Assembly: GCA_964513285.1 (NCBI GenBank)
Contig: CAZEML010000005.1
Location: 1-50,431, forward strand
Source of the DNA: an uncultured Candidatus Nemicrothrix sp.
Lineage (GTDB): Bacteria; Actinomycetota; Acidimicrobiia; Acidimicrobiales; Aldehydirespiratoraceae
DNA length: 50,431 nucleotides
Direction: 5' to 3'
Positions 25,926-35,289 of the stretch are shown one piece after another. Under the pieces are notes generated by a model that made no database searches, had not been told where the DNA came from, and saw only the letters and a list, made by a program, of their open reading frames with translations. The first letter of the stretch is position 1. Every line of letters begins with the position of its first letter. A program made the translations under genes and the position numbers.

Positions 25926-28318
25926 CTGGACGGTCGCGCTGGCTCGTCCTGGCGACCCACGTGCCGAGCGATGGCGCCGGCGGTGGGATGGCTCGCCAGA
26001 CCGTCGAGCTGATCCGGGCTCTCCGCGCCCGTCCGGATCTCGACGTCTCGGTCCGTTGCCGACGCGACGCGGTGGGGTTTTTCGTCGACGAGGTCGGGCT
26101 GGCCGCGGACCGGGTGGTGGTCGGACGTGGGGGCGTCCTTCGGCGCTCGTTGGTCGAGTGGTTGGGTCGCCCGCGGCTTGCGGATGGCTCGGCGCCGGAT
26201 GTCGTCGTGGGCCCCAAGCACCTGGTGCCGCGACGGACACGTGCGCTCACCGTTCTGGTCGTCCACGACTTCCTCCCGCTGGATCGGCCCGACGATTTCG
26301 GGTGGGTCAAACGGCGCCTGCTTCCGCTGCCCTACCTCGACTCGATTCGGCGCGCTGACGTGGTCGCGTGTGTGAGCGAGGCCACCGAGGAGCGCCTCCA
26401 GACTCACACCGGCAGGCGTCGGCGTGTCGTCGTGGCGCCGAACGCGCTGTCGACCTCCCTGTCGACCGCACCGCCGCGGCCGGTCGACGGGCTGGAGGGT
26501 GGCCGGTTCGCGCTCGTCGTCGGTGACCCGTCACCGCGGAAGAATCTGCCGTTCGTGTTCGAGGTCTGGGAGCGGGTGCAGCGAGCCGTCCCGGACCTCC
26601 GGCTCGTGCGCGTGGGGCCGCCGGGATGGGGACTCGACGAGTCGTCGGCGGCTCGTGATCGTCTGCTGGCCCGAGGCGGTCTCGTCGAACTCGGACATGT
26701 GTCTGATGGGCAGCTCAGGTGGCTGTATGAACACGCGGCGATGACCCTCTGCCCGAGTCTGCTGGAGGGCTTCGGGCTGCCGGTCCTCGAGGCGATGGCG
26801 TTCAGCAGCCCAGTGCTCTTGTCGCCCGACCCTGCACAGGTCGAGGTCGCTGCCGGTCGCGGCACCGTCGTGCCGTTGGAGGTCGACGCCTGGGTAGCTG
26901 CAGTGAAGGCGACGGCCACACGACGCCGCTCGCCGTCGGCGGTCCTCGGTACCGCGCCTCGTTGGACCTGGAACGACACCGCCGATGCGCTCTGCGTCGC
27001 GACCCGCCCCTCGGGGCGGCAGGACCCACCGCTCGTCCTGCACGTCGCCCAACCCGTGAGCGAGGGGGTCGCCCACTGTGTCGTGGAGACCGCTCGCTGG
27101 CAGGCCGACCACGGCATCCGCCCCGTGGTGGCCTGCCCGGCTCCGTCGGCGCTCGCCTCGGAACTCGAGTCGGCCGGGATCGACGTGGTGCCGTGGAAGG
27201 CCACCCGCGCTCCGGGGCCGGCGACGGTCGGGGAGACCGTCCGACTCGCGCGGGCGGTGCGGCGGATCCAGCCGGATCTCATCCACTTGCACTCGTCGAA
27301 GGCCGGGGTCGCGGGGCGGCTCGCGGTGCGGGGGCGGAGGCCGACGGTCTTCCAACCCCATGGATGGTCATTCCTCGCGGTGACGGGTCTGCCGCACCGA
27401 CTCGCGAGGCGTTGGGAGGCAGCGGCCGCTCGGTGGACCGATGCGGCGGTGAGTGTCAGCGATGGCGAGCAGCGCCTCGCGGAACGCGCCGGAATCGACT
27501 TGCCCGAGCACGTGGTCATCCCGAACACGATCGAGGTGCCACCCCGTGTCGGATCGGCGGCCGGCTCACGACTCCGGGCAGAGCTCGGTCTCGGCGCTGC
27601 TCCGGTCGTGGTCTGCGTCGGACGGCTCTCCGAGCAGAAGGGCCAAGACCTCCTCGTGGCTGCGTGGCCCGCCGTCTTGGCGGCGGTTCCGGCCGCTCGA
27701 CTCGTGCTCGTCGGTGAGGGGCCGGCTCGCGATGCCCTGCAGACCAACGCACCTCGCAGCGTGCACGTGATCGGGAACCGTGACGACGTCGCGGAGCTTC
27801 TCGAGATCGCCGACGTCGTCGCGATGCCGTCGCGCTGGGAAGGCATGTCGATCGCGATGCTGGAGGCGATGGCCGCCGGCCGGTCGGTGGTCGCCGCCGA
27901 CGTGCCCGGTGTCGGCGAGACGATCACGGCTCACGCGGGCGCGGTCGTCGCTGTGGACGATGGCCCCGGTCTGGCTCGCGCCCTGATCGCCCGCCTCGTC
28001 GACCCGGTCCGCGCCGCCATGGAGGGACGACAGGGTAGACGTCTCGTGATCGACCGACATCGACCACAACAGGCCCAGGCCACGCTGCTCGACACCTATC
28101 GGCGTGTGGTGCCCGACTGGGACGCCAACGGGTGGCCGATCCCGGACCCTGCGCCGGAGCAGACGATCGGCGAAGGCGACGACGATCTCGGACTCGACGA
28201 TGTCCTCGATGCGGCGATCATCGACCTTCGCGAAGCGCAGCGTCGAGGCGGTGCCGCAGATCGGCGCGGATCGTGGCCGCGTCGAAGCGGTCCTCGAGGA
28301 GTCGATGCCCGTGGGTGA
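25922..28318 (+). CDS. Double GT4 (GT-B) glycosyltransferase fusion
   Basis: Two E-x7-E motifs: PSLLEGFGLPVLEAM and PSRWEGMSIAMLEAM; PRKN, HSSKAG, GRLSEQKG; GAGGAGG SD. Confidence 0.88.
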   Translation: MTGRSRWLVLATHVPSDGAGGGMARQTVELIRALRARPDLDVSVRCRRDAVGFFVDEVGLAADRVVVGRGGVLRRSLVEWLGRPRLADGSAPDVVVGPKHLVPRRTRALTVLVVHDFLPLDRPDDFGWVKRRLLPLPYLDSIRRADVVACVSEATEERLQTHTGRRRRVVVAPNALSTSLSTAPPRPVDGLEGGRFALVVGDPSPRKNLPFVFEVWERVQRAVPDLRLVRVGPPGWGLDESSAARDRLLARGGLVELGHVSDGQLRWLYEHAAMTLCPSLLEGFGLPVLEAMAFSSPVLLSPDPAQVEVAAGRGTVVPLEVDAWVAAVKATATRRRSPSAVLGTAPRWTWNDTADALCVATRPSGRQDPPLVLHVAQPVSEGVAHCVVETARWQADHGIRPVVACPAPSALASELESAGIDVVPWKATRAPGPATVGETVRLARAVRRIQPDLIHLHSSKAGVAGRLAVRGRRPTVFQPHGWSFLAVTGLPHRLARRWEAAAARWTDAAVSVSDGEQRLAERAGIDLPEHVVIPNTIEVPPRVGSAAGSRLRAELGLGAAPVVVCVGRLSEQKGQDLLVAAWPAVLAAVPAARLVLVGEGPARDALQTNAPRSVHVIGNRDDVAELLEIADVVAMPSRWEGMSIAMLEAMAAGRSVVAADVPGVGETITAHAGAVVAVDDGPGLARALIARLVDPVRAAMEGRQGRRLVIDRHRPQQAQATLLDTYRRVVPDWDANGWPIPDPAPEQTIGEGDDDLGLDDVLDAAIIDLREAQRRGGAADRRGSWPRRSGPRGVDARG

Positions 28319-29432
28319 TCAACCTCGAGCGCAGCTCGTCGTCGGTGAAGAGTCGATCGACCGCGTCCGCGAACTGACCTGGCTCATCTGCGAGGAGGAG
28401 CTCGCGCCCATGCGCCGCACCCAGTCCCGCAGCGCCGAGCGTCGTCGACACCGTCGCGACGCCGTGCGCGAACGCTTCCAGGATCTTGATCCGCGTCCCG
28501 CCTCCCCAGTGGATCGGAACGACGGCGACGGACGCCCGCTGAAGTTCGGGGGTCAGGTCGTTGATTCGGCCCAGGACCTCCACCCCCTCGGTCTCGTGTG
28601 CGGGGTGGGCGTCGTCGAGACCGCCCCCGACGACCCGAAGAACCGCCTCGGGATGACGGGACCGGACGCTCGGCCAGACCGCCTCGACGAGCCAGCCGAG
28701 GCCCTCGTGGTTCGGTCCGTAGCTCAGCGACCCGACGAAGAGCACACGAAAGGGCTCAGGAGGAGGCGCCTCGCCAGCCGCTGGAGATGCGGCGTAGCCG
28801 TTCGGCACGAACCAACCGTTGCCGAGCGAGGCGGCCTCGTGCTCGCTCGGCAGCGAGATGACGTCGACCTTACGATCGGCCTGCGCTTCGAGCGCGCGCC
28901 AGCGTCCGACATCGCGCCGAGCGATCAGCCGGCGGACCCACCCAAGGTCGGTGGCTCCCTCGACGCGACTGCGCAGTTTCTCGCTCTCGAGATCGGTGTC
29001 GATCAGCTCCACTCGGGCGTGAATCCCTCCGCGGCGCGCGGCCTCGTAGGAATCGATTCCCATCGCGATCAAGAGATCGAACGAGCCGGCCGCCTCCCGG
29101 ATCGCGTGATCGGCATCGGACCAGTCGGCCGCGGCCAGAGCCCACGGCAACGAGGTTCGGGCCCAGCGCGACGCGGTCGACCAGGGCTTCCGCGTCGGAA
29201 CGGTGACCGTCGTGACATCCACACCGGCCGACTCGGCGAATCCGGTGTCGGCTTCATGGGGCCCGCGGGGTGCGGCGATCCACCGCACCCGGCCGAGCGA
29301 CGCCGCGACCTGAACCAGCTCGGCGGTACGCCGGCGATACCCCGATGTTGGCGGCCAGCCGACCTCATCGGACACGACCACGATCGACCATTCACCGGCC
29401 GCGTTCGGTCCGGTCTCGAGCGGCGTCCCCAC
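28218..29432 (-). CDS. GT4-family glycosyltransferase
   Basis: WPPTSG, FVGSLSYGPN, GGGTRIKILEAFAHG, STTLGAAGL; TACGAT -10-like hexamer 6 nt before GTG. Confidence 0.87.
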   Translation of the reverse strand: MGTPLETGPNAAGEWSIVVVSDEVGWPPTSGYRRRTAELVQVAASLGRVRWIAAPRGPHEADTGFAESAGVDVTTVTVPTRKPWSTASRWARTSLPWALAAADWSDADHAIREAAGSFDLLIAMGIDSYEAARRGGIHARVELIDTDLESEKLRSRVEGATDLGWVRRLIARRDVGRWRALEAQADRKVDVISLPSEHEAASLGNGWFVPNGYAASPAAGEAPPPEPFRVLFVGSLSYGPNHEGLGWLVEAVWPSVRSRHPEAVLRVVGGGLDDAHPAHETEGVEVLGRINDLTPELQRASVAVVPIHWGGGTRIKILEAFAHGVATVSTTLGAAGLGAAHGRELLLADEPGQFADAVDRLFTDDELRSRLITHGHRLLEDRFDAATIRADLRHRLDAALREGR

Positions 29433-29458
29433 GGCGCCATCGTAGGAGGAACCACCGC

Positions 29459-30313
29459 ATGACTGTTCTGACCCTCGACGAGCCAGAAGGGCTCACTGTG
29501 TCCGGGCCAACCGCGCCACCGCGGCGGTCGCCTTGGCTGCCGATCCTGTCGGTCGTGGTGGTGGCGGTGTGCACCATCGCCGGCGCCGCGCTCGGCTTCG
29601 GTCTCCAGGATCGGGCGACGCCGGAGTACCAGGCAGAGGCCTCGGTGATCGTGCAGTCCACCGCGGCCGAGCTGCTGTTGCGAGACGACCGCCGGTCCCA
29701 GGAGGAACTCGACCGATCGATCAGTACCGACGTGCAGCTGCTTCAGGACCGTCGCGCGGAACTCGAGCTGGAGGCGTTGGCCGGTGCGGCGGTCGACTAC
29801 GACGTCATCCACCGAGACGACACGGACCTGATCGTGATCTCGGCCCGGTCGACGAGTGCGGAGACCGCCGCTGAGCACGCCGATCTCATCGCTCGCTACT
29901 ACGTCGAGGAACGCGCCGCGACAGAGCGGGCCGAGCTCGAGGCTGCGGCTGCGGCGCTCGAGGCACCCGTGGCGTCGCTGGTCGCGGCACTCGAGGTGCT
30001 CGACGCTCAGGTCGTCGAGGTCGATGGCGTCGAGGTGATCGACCGCAGCCTGCTCGCCCAGATCGTGGCGGTCGAGACTGAACTGGCCGCCAATCGGGCG
30101 GCCCTCGAGCAGCTTCGCGTCGAGCTGTCGATCTCCGACGGCGGCGCCCGCGTGGTGGGCCCCGCCATCGTCCCGACGGAGACGATCACACCGACGCCGC
30201 AACGGGTTGCAACGCTGTACGGCGTCATCGGCTTTGGGCTCGGCATCGTGGCGGTGTGGCTGATCGTCCAGGCGGACATCGGCCGCCGGCTGCGCCACGG
30301 GGCCGAGGTGTAG
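29459..30313 (+). CDS. Wzz/CpsC-like polysaccharide co-polymerase (chain-length regulator, no kinase domain)
   Basis: N-terminal TM, TPEYQAEASVIV, coiled-coil middle, Pro-rich PAIVP..PTP before the C-terminal TM; AGGAGG SD. Confidence 0.72.
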   Translation: MTVLTLDEPEGLTVSGPTAPPRRSPWLPILSVVVVAVCTIAGAALGFGLQDRATPEYQAEASVIVQSTAAELLLRDDRRSQEELDRSISTDVQLLQDRRAELELEALAGAAVDYDVIHRDDTDLIVISARSTSAETAAEHADLIARYYVEERAATERAELEAAAAALEAPVASLVAALEVLDAQVVEVDGVEVIDRSLLAQIVAVETELAANRAALEQLRVELSISDGGARVVGPAIVPTETITPTPQRVATLYGVIGFGLGIVAVWLIVQADIGRRLRHGAEV

Positions 30314-30353
30314 CGCCGGGACGCGGCGATCAAGCGAGCCCGGGGGACCGCAC

Positions 30354-31655
30354 ATGGTCGAGGATCCCGATTCGGGGACGGCCGGCGAGCCGGAAGGCCT
30401 GTCGTTCACCGACCACAACGGCCTGGTCGCCCGCCGCGCGGATGCCTACGTGCGAACGATTCCCCCGCACCGGGCAGCGTTTCACCGCGCCCTCTTCGCG
30501 AGCGGTCTGATCGATCAGCTGTGCGCGGCGGGGCTGTTCGTCGAGTCAGCGATCGAGCGAGACGAGGGCGAGGGAGGTGGCCTCGTCGTCGCGCACCGGG
30601 CAATCCAGCCCGTGACGTACCCGCACGAATGGGCTGCGGGTGCCCTGGCGGATGCGGCACGGCTACAGCTCGACCTGACGATGGCCCTCGAGTCGCACGG
30701 GCTCACGTGCGCCGATGCCCACCCGCTCAACATCGTGTTCGAAGGAGCCAGGCCGTGCTTCGTCGACCTCGGGTCGATCGACATCCCTCCGGCGCACACC
30801 GATGGTCGACACTGGCACCGGGCCGAGCAGTTCGAGGCCTTCTTTCTTCGCCCGCTGACGCTGATGGCGCTGGGGCATGGTCGTCTCGCCCGCAACCTCC
30901 TCCGTGACTATGAGGTCGGGGTCGATGACGCGGTCTCAGCAGCGTTGACCGCCACGGCTGGACGGGGCAGGAGGCCCTGGGCTTCGCGATCGACGGCTGA
31001 CGGTACGAGGGCCGGTGCCGCCGCCATCCAGGAGCTGGTTCGAAAGGCGCGGATGCGATTGTGGCCAAGCCGCCGCCGGCATCTCGACCATCTGCGGGCA
31101 CGGCTCGACTCGGTCGACGTCGGTGCCCCGCCGGCCCTCACCCTGGGGCGTCTCCCCCCAGAGCAGCTCGACCAGATCGACCGAATCGTGGCCGAGCTGG
31201 TACCGGAGCGGGTGCTCGATGTCGGCGGCGAGTGGACGACTGCGACCTCCACAGGCACGGACGGAGTCGTCGTCGCGACCACGGACGAGGTACGGCTCGA
31301 GCACCTTCGCGACGCCGCGGCTCGACGAGACGAGCGGGTCGCCGGGGTGTATCTCGATCTCCTGTCGCCGTCGCATGACCTGGCGAACCGGTGGTGGCGC
31401 CCTGCTGCGGAGCGCTTGCGATCGAACCTCGTGATCGGCCTCGGGGTCGTCGAAGAAGCCGCGGGCGTCCGCGCGGTTCGGCCGGAGTTCGCCATCGACC
31501 GGCTCGCCGAGTTCACCTCGGACCGGCTGCTTCTCGGCCCGGTGCAGACGGATCGCAGCTGGGAGCTCCCCGAGCTCGGCTCGCTGTTGACGGCGCGGTT
31601 CGGCACGGTCCGGCGGGTGGGTCCGAGCGGGTCGTGGTTTCTGTGTTCGGTGTAG
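30354..31655 (+). CDS. NoeA-like protein (N-terminal kinase-like segment + degenerate methyltransferase-like C-terminus)
   Basis: SFTDHNG, VTYPHEW, DAHPLNIVF..FVDLGSI, QF..FLRPL resemble the NoeA family; VLDVGG is a degenerate SAM motif. Confidence 0.55.
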   Translation: MVEDPDSGTAGEPEGLSFTDHNGLVARRADAYVRTIPPHRAAFHRALFASGLIDQLCAAGLFVESAIERDEGEGGGLVVAHRAIQPVTYPHEWAAGALADAARLQLDLTMALESHGLTCADAHPLNIVFEGARPCFVDLGSIDIPPAHTDGRHWHRAEQFEAFFLRPLTLMALGHGRLARNLLRDYEVGVDDAVSAALTATAGRGRRPWASRSTADGTRAGAAAIQELVRKARMRLWPSRRRHLDHLRARLDSVDVGAPPALTLGRLPPEQLDQIDRIVAELVPERVLDVGGEWTTATSTGTDGVVVATTDEVRLEHLRDAAARRDERVAGVYLDLLSPSHDLANRWWRPAAERLRSNLVIGLGVVEEAAGVRAVRPEFAIDRLAEFTSDRLLLGPVQTDRSWELPELGSLLTARFGTVRRVGPSGSWFLCSV

Positions 31656-31682
31656 GGGCCCGCCGGGCCGCCGTCGCTTCCC

Positions 31683-32558
31683 TCAGTCGGCGAGCCGCAC
31701 ACGACGAGCCCGCCGAGCCACGCGGCGAGGGAGCGAGCTCATCCGCAGTTCGCGCCGCTGCAGCTTCAGCTCGGCTTCGAGCGGTGAACGGACCGTCGAT
31801 GGCAGGGTCCGGACGTGGCGGCGCAGCCAGCGCAGGAAGCGACGTCGAGCCGCCCGATGCCCACCGTCGCGGTGGGTTCGGCTGGTGCTCGTGTCGGCAT
31901 GTTGGCGATACCAGTACCAGCAGTCGCTGGTGACCCACGAGGCATGCGTCGAGGCCAGCTTCGCGTGAAAGACCTGGTCTTCGAACATGCCGGTGAACAC
32001 GTCCTCGTAGCCACCACACGCGTGGATCGCCTCCCGCCGGACCATGAGATCACAGAGCGAGCGCCACTCGTCGCGCAGATAATCGACGACGAGCTCGGGC
32101 GCCTCGACGCGGTCGTCGTGGACGAGCAAGCGCTGTACGAAGTCCCGGTCGTGGGAACGGCCATCGTGCCCGAACCAGTAGCGCGCAGGGCTGGCGACGA
32201 ACCCGACCTCAGGATGGTTGGCGAGCAGCGCCGACTGGTCCGCGAACTTGGTCGGCTCGAGTACGTCGTCGCCGTCGAGGAAGGTGACGAACTCGCCTCG
32301 GGCCGCCGCGATCCCGAGGTTGCGACTCGCGCTCATCCCGCGGTTGGCGCCGCCCGGGTGCGTGAGCAGCCGCACCCGCTGAGGGTCGGCCTCCACCGCG
32401 CGGGCCGCGATCGCCGGACTGTCGTCGGTGGAGCCGTCGTCGACGAGCAGCAACTCCCAGTCGGTCAGGGTCTGGGCTCGCACGCTGCGGATGGCGTCGT
32501 CGAGATAGCGACCCTCGTTCCAGAAGATCACGATCACCGAGACGACCGGCCGGGTCAC
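31683..32558 (-). CDS. GT2-family glycosyltransferase
   Basis: VSVIVIFWN, VDDGSTD, NRGMSASRNLG, FLDGDD, MFEDQ. Confidence 0.92.
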   Translation of the reverse strand: MTRPVVSVIVIFWNEGRYLDDAIRSVRAQTLTDWELLLVDDGSTDDSPAIAARAVEADPQRVRLLTHPGGANRGMSASRNLGIAAARGEFVTFLDGDDVLEPTKFADQSALLANHPEVGFVASPARYWFGHDGRSHDRDFVQRLLVHDDRVEAPELVVDYLRDEWRSLCDLMVRREAIHACGGYEDVFTGMFEDQVFHAKLASTHASWVTSDCWYWYRQHADTSTSRTHRDGGHRAARRRFLRWLRRHVRTLPSTVRSPLEAELKLQRRELRMSSLPRRVARRARRVRLAD

Positions 32559-34255
32559 GGGTGGACCAGCTGGTCGCTCATCGGAAAGCGGTCTCGTCGC
32601 TCACGGCCGTCGAGGTCGAAGAACGCGTGGAAGAAGGCTCGGGCCTCGGCCTCCGTACACGTGCCGTCGAGGACACGAGGCCAGGTCGCGGCCTCCCGTT
32701 CCCTGATCGCGGCGTCGACTTCGACCCACACCGTCGCGACGCCGAGGTGGGCCAGGCAGCCCAGGCGGTGGAGGCCGTCGACGATGACGTAACGGCGCCG
32801 ACCGTCCTCGGCTTCGAGCGCGGTGACCCGGGGAAAGGCTCGAGCGGCAATCGGTGAATAGCGTCGCCGGATCGCCGGGAGCAGCTGCCGCATCCGGCTC
32901 CACTCCGCAAGCAGGGTCGGCTCGTCGTCCGGGGTGTGCCAGAGGTTGCGGGTTCGGCCCCAGATCTCGGTGGTGTCGACCTTCTCCGCGAGGTCGTGGG
33001 CCCAGCCATAGGCGACCGTCGTCGTCGCCGGGTTTGGTCCGGCCAGACCGCCCCAGGGGTATTCACCGAGCCACAGTCGCGGGAGCCGGCCGTAGGGGTC
33101 GGCGGGGTCGCCCAGCCCGAGGATGTCGTTGAGCCCGGCGATGCTCGTGATCGACGGGTCGTGGAAGAACCACCAGAAGGTCGAGTTCGTCGGATCGGCG
33201 TCCGGATTCTGGTCGAGCGCGTCGAGCATGTCGGAGTACCGACTCCAGGCCTCGGGCCCGTAGCCGAAGGCGAACTCGTCTCGGACATCCTCCAGCGCGA
33301 TGCGGCGAAGCCGACCCCGGGTGAGGAGCGCGGTATGGCGTCCGGTCTCGCGAAGGAGGCGCCCACCGAGGTGGCGGACCCGGCGGACCCGCTGCCCAAC
33401 ACGATGGATCGCACCGTCCTCGGCTCGCCGTCGAGCCGTTCGGTAGGCGGCGCGCACCTCGGCATCGTCGATCTCGTGCTCGTCGAGCAGTCGAGCGACG
33501 ACATCGAGATAGGGGAGCGGGGAGCGCCGCCGATCCTCGACGGGCCGTCCGACCCGGCCGGTGGGCTGGAGTTCGAGGCGATACCGGTACGTCACGTGGG
33601 GGGTGCAGTAGGCGGTGGACGTCAGCGCCAGCTTCGCCATGACGACGGCGTCCTCGTAGCTGCCACGAAACGAGGGATCCGCGCCGCCCGCATCGAGGAA
33701 CCGTTGTCGGCGAAAGGTCGCTCCCGCAGGAATGAGGTCGGGGTCGCGCAGGAAGCTCACCAGGAGCTCCGGGGGAGACAGAACGCGGTCCGTGGGGATC
33801 GCGACGTTCGGTCCGACGACGCCGTATCGGTCGTCGCGTGCGAAATCCTCGATCCGTCCGCTCCATGAGTACCAACGCATGAGCGGACCGAACACGAGCC
33901 CGAGATCGTCGTGACGATCATGGATCGCGAGATGGTGTTCGAGATGGTCGGGCAACAAGGTGTCGTCGCCGTCGAGATACGCGATGAAGGTACCGGTCGC
34001 GGCTTCGACGCCGAGGTTTCGCGACGCCGACATGCCCTCGTTCGTGCCGCCGGGATGACGCACGACCCTGACCCGGTCGGGGTGGCGTTGGGCCCAGCGG
34101 TCGGCGATGTCTTCACTTCCGTCCGTCGACCCATCGTCGACGAGCACGAGTTCCCAGTCGTCACAGGACTGGGCGAAGACACTCCGGATCGCGTCGTCCA
34201 GGAACTCCGCCTCGTTCAAGAAGATGGTGACCACCGAGACCCTCGGGCTGCTCAC
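32555..34255 (-). CDS. GT2 glycosyltransferase fused to a C-terminal domain with a ParB/Srx-like motif
   Basis: VSVVTIFLN, VDDGSTD, YLDGDD; C-terminal YVIVDGLHRL; GTG 34255 overlaps the upstream stop. Confidence 0.8.
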   Translation of the reverse strand: MSSPRVSVVTIFLNEAEFLDDAIRSVFAQSCDDWELVLVDDGSTDGSEDIADRWAQRHPDRVRVVRHPGGTNEGMSASRNLGVEAATGTFIAYLDGDDTLLPDHLEHHLAIHDRHDDLGLVFGPLMRWYSWSGRIEDFARDDRYGVVGPNVAIPTDRVLSPPELLVSFLRDPDLIPAGATFRRQRFLDAGGADPSFRGSYEDAVVMAKLALTSTAYCTPHVTYRYRLELQPTGRVGRPVEDRRRSPLPYLDVVARLLDEHEIDDAEVRAAYRTARRRAEDGAIHRVGQRVRRVRHLGGRLLRETGRHTALLTRGRLRRIALEDVRDEFAFGYGPEAWSRYSDMLDALDQNPDADPTNSTFWWFFHDPSITSIAGLNDILGLGDPADPYGRLPRLWLGEYPWGGLAGPNPATTTVAYGWAHDLAEKVDTTEIWGRTRNLWHTPDDEPTLLAEWSRMRQLLPAIRRRYSPIAARAFPRVTALEAEDGRRRYVIVDGLHRLGCLAHLGVATVWVEVDAAIREREAATWPRVLDGTCTEAEARAFFHAFFDLDGRERRDRFPMSDQLVHP

Positions 34256-35289
34256 AGGAACCTCCACCACCGTTCCAGGCGACGGGCCAGCACATCGGCG
34301 GGCCAGTCGCGGACGTCGAACCGGGGAACGGCGTGAGGGTGGGAACGAACGCACACGGTCCTCGGCTCGACCGTGACGCTCACCCGTGCGGGCGAAGCGG
34401 CCGCGACCGCCATCGTGTCGGCGTCGTGGGCCCCGAACGGATACGAGAACGTGTCGACGGGGCGTTGGAGCGCCGTGCTGAGGTCGGCGAACGAACCTTC
34501 GATCTCGCGCCGCTGCGCCGCGACGGGAAGCTTGGGCAGGATCGGGTGCGTCATGGTGTGGGCTCCGACGCTCGTGCCCTCGCCTCGATCGAAGTCGAGG
34601 AGCTCCGCTCGAGTCATGACGCGGTGGGTCTCGCGCGGCTGCAGCGTCTGGCCGGTGGTGGCGGCGAGCCGGACGAGCGTCTCGGAACGGTGATCCGGGT
34701 CGATCTCGACGAGGAGCTGCCACAGGCGGTGATACAGCTCGACGCGGGCGCTCCTCGCGTCGCCCTCGCGAGCGACGCGGTCGGCGCGGTAGGAGGCGTC
34801 GTCGTAGGTCCGTGTCGCTCCGAGTTCGATCGAGTGGGTTTCGCCGGCGACGTCGACCGAGAGTGGATCGGGAAGGTCCCCCGGAGTGAGGATGAGCTTC
34901 GCCAGCTCGTCCCACCAGAACTCTCGCTCGGCTCCGATCGTCTCCGCGACCGCGAACACCGTCGCGGGGACGCCGTAGGAGCGAAGCAGTGGAGCGGCGA
35001 CGTGGAGATTGTTCGCATAGCCGTCGTCGAAGGTGACGGCGACCGATCGATTGGCGACGACCCCGGTTTCGAGGCCGTCGGTCAGATCGGCGAGATCGAT
35101 CGGCTGACCAAAGGACCGGATGACATCGAGGTGCTCGGCGAAGCGGTCCTCGCTGATGAAGAGCTCCCACGGGTCGACCCCGCCGTCCCCGACCCCGTGG
35201 TACATCAGGACGAGCGCACGCGGTCGGCGGCGTTTGGCCGTCCACGCCAGAGGATGCCGGAGTTCACGGCGCACGTATCGCCAGTTCAC
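34252..35289 (-). CDS. Polysaccharide deacetylase (CE4/NodB-type)
   Basis: LMYHGV, VTFDDGY, GAHTMTHP, FSYPFG. Confidence 0.92.
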   Translation of the reverse strand: MNWRYVRRELRHPLAWTAKRRRPRALVLMYHGVGDGGVDPWELFISEDRFAEHLDVIRSFGQPIDLADLTDGLETGVVANRSVAVTFDDGYANNLHVAAPLLRSYGVPATVFAVAETIGAEREFWWDELAKLILTPGDLPDPLSVDVAGETHSIELGATRTYDDASYRADRVAREGDARSARVELYHRLWQLLVEIDPDHRSETLVRLAATTGQTLQPRETHRVMTRAELLDFDRGEGTSVGAHTMTHPILPKLPVAAQRREIEGSFADLSTALQRPVDTFSYPFGAHDADTMAVAAASPARVSVTVEPRTVCVRSHPHAVPRFDVRDWPADVLARRLERWWRFL

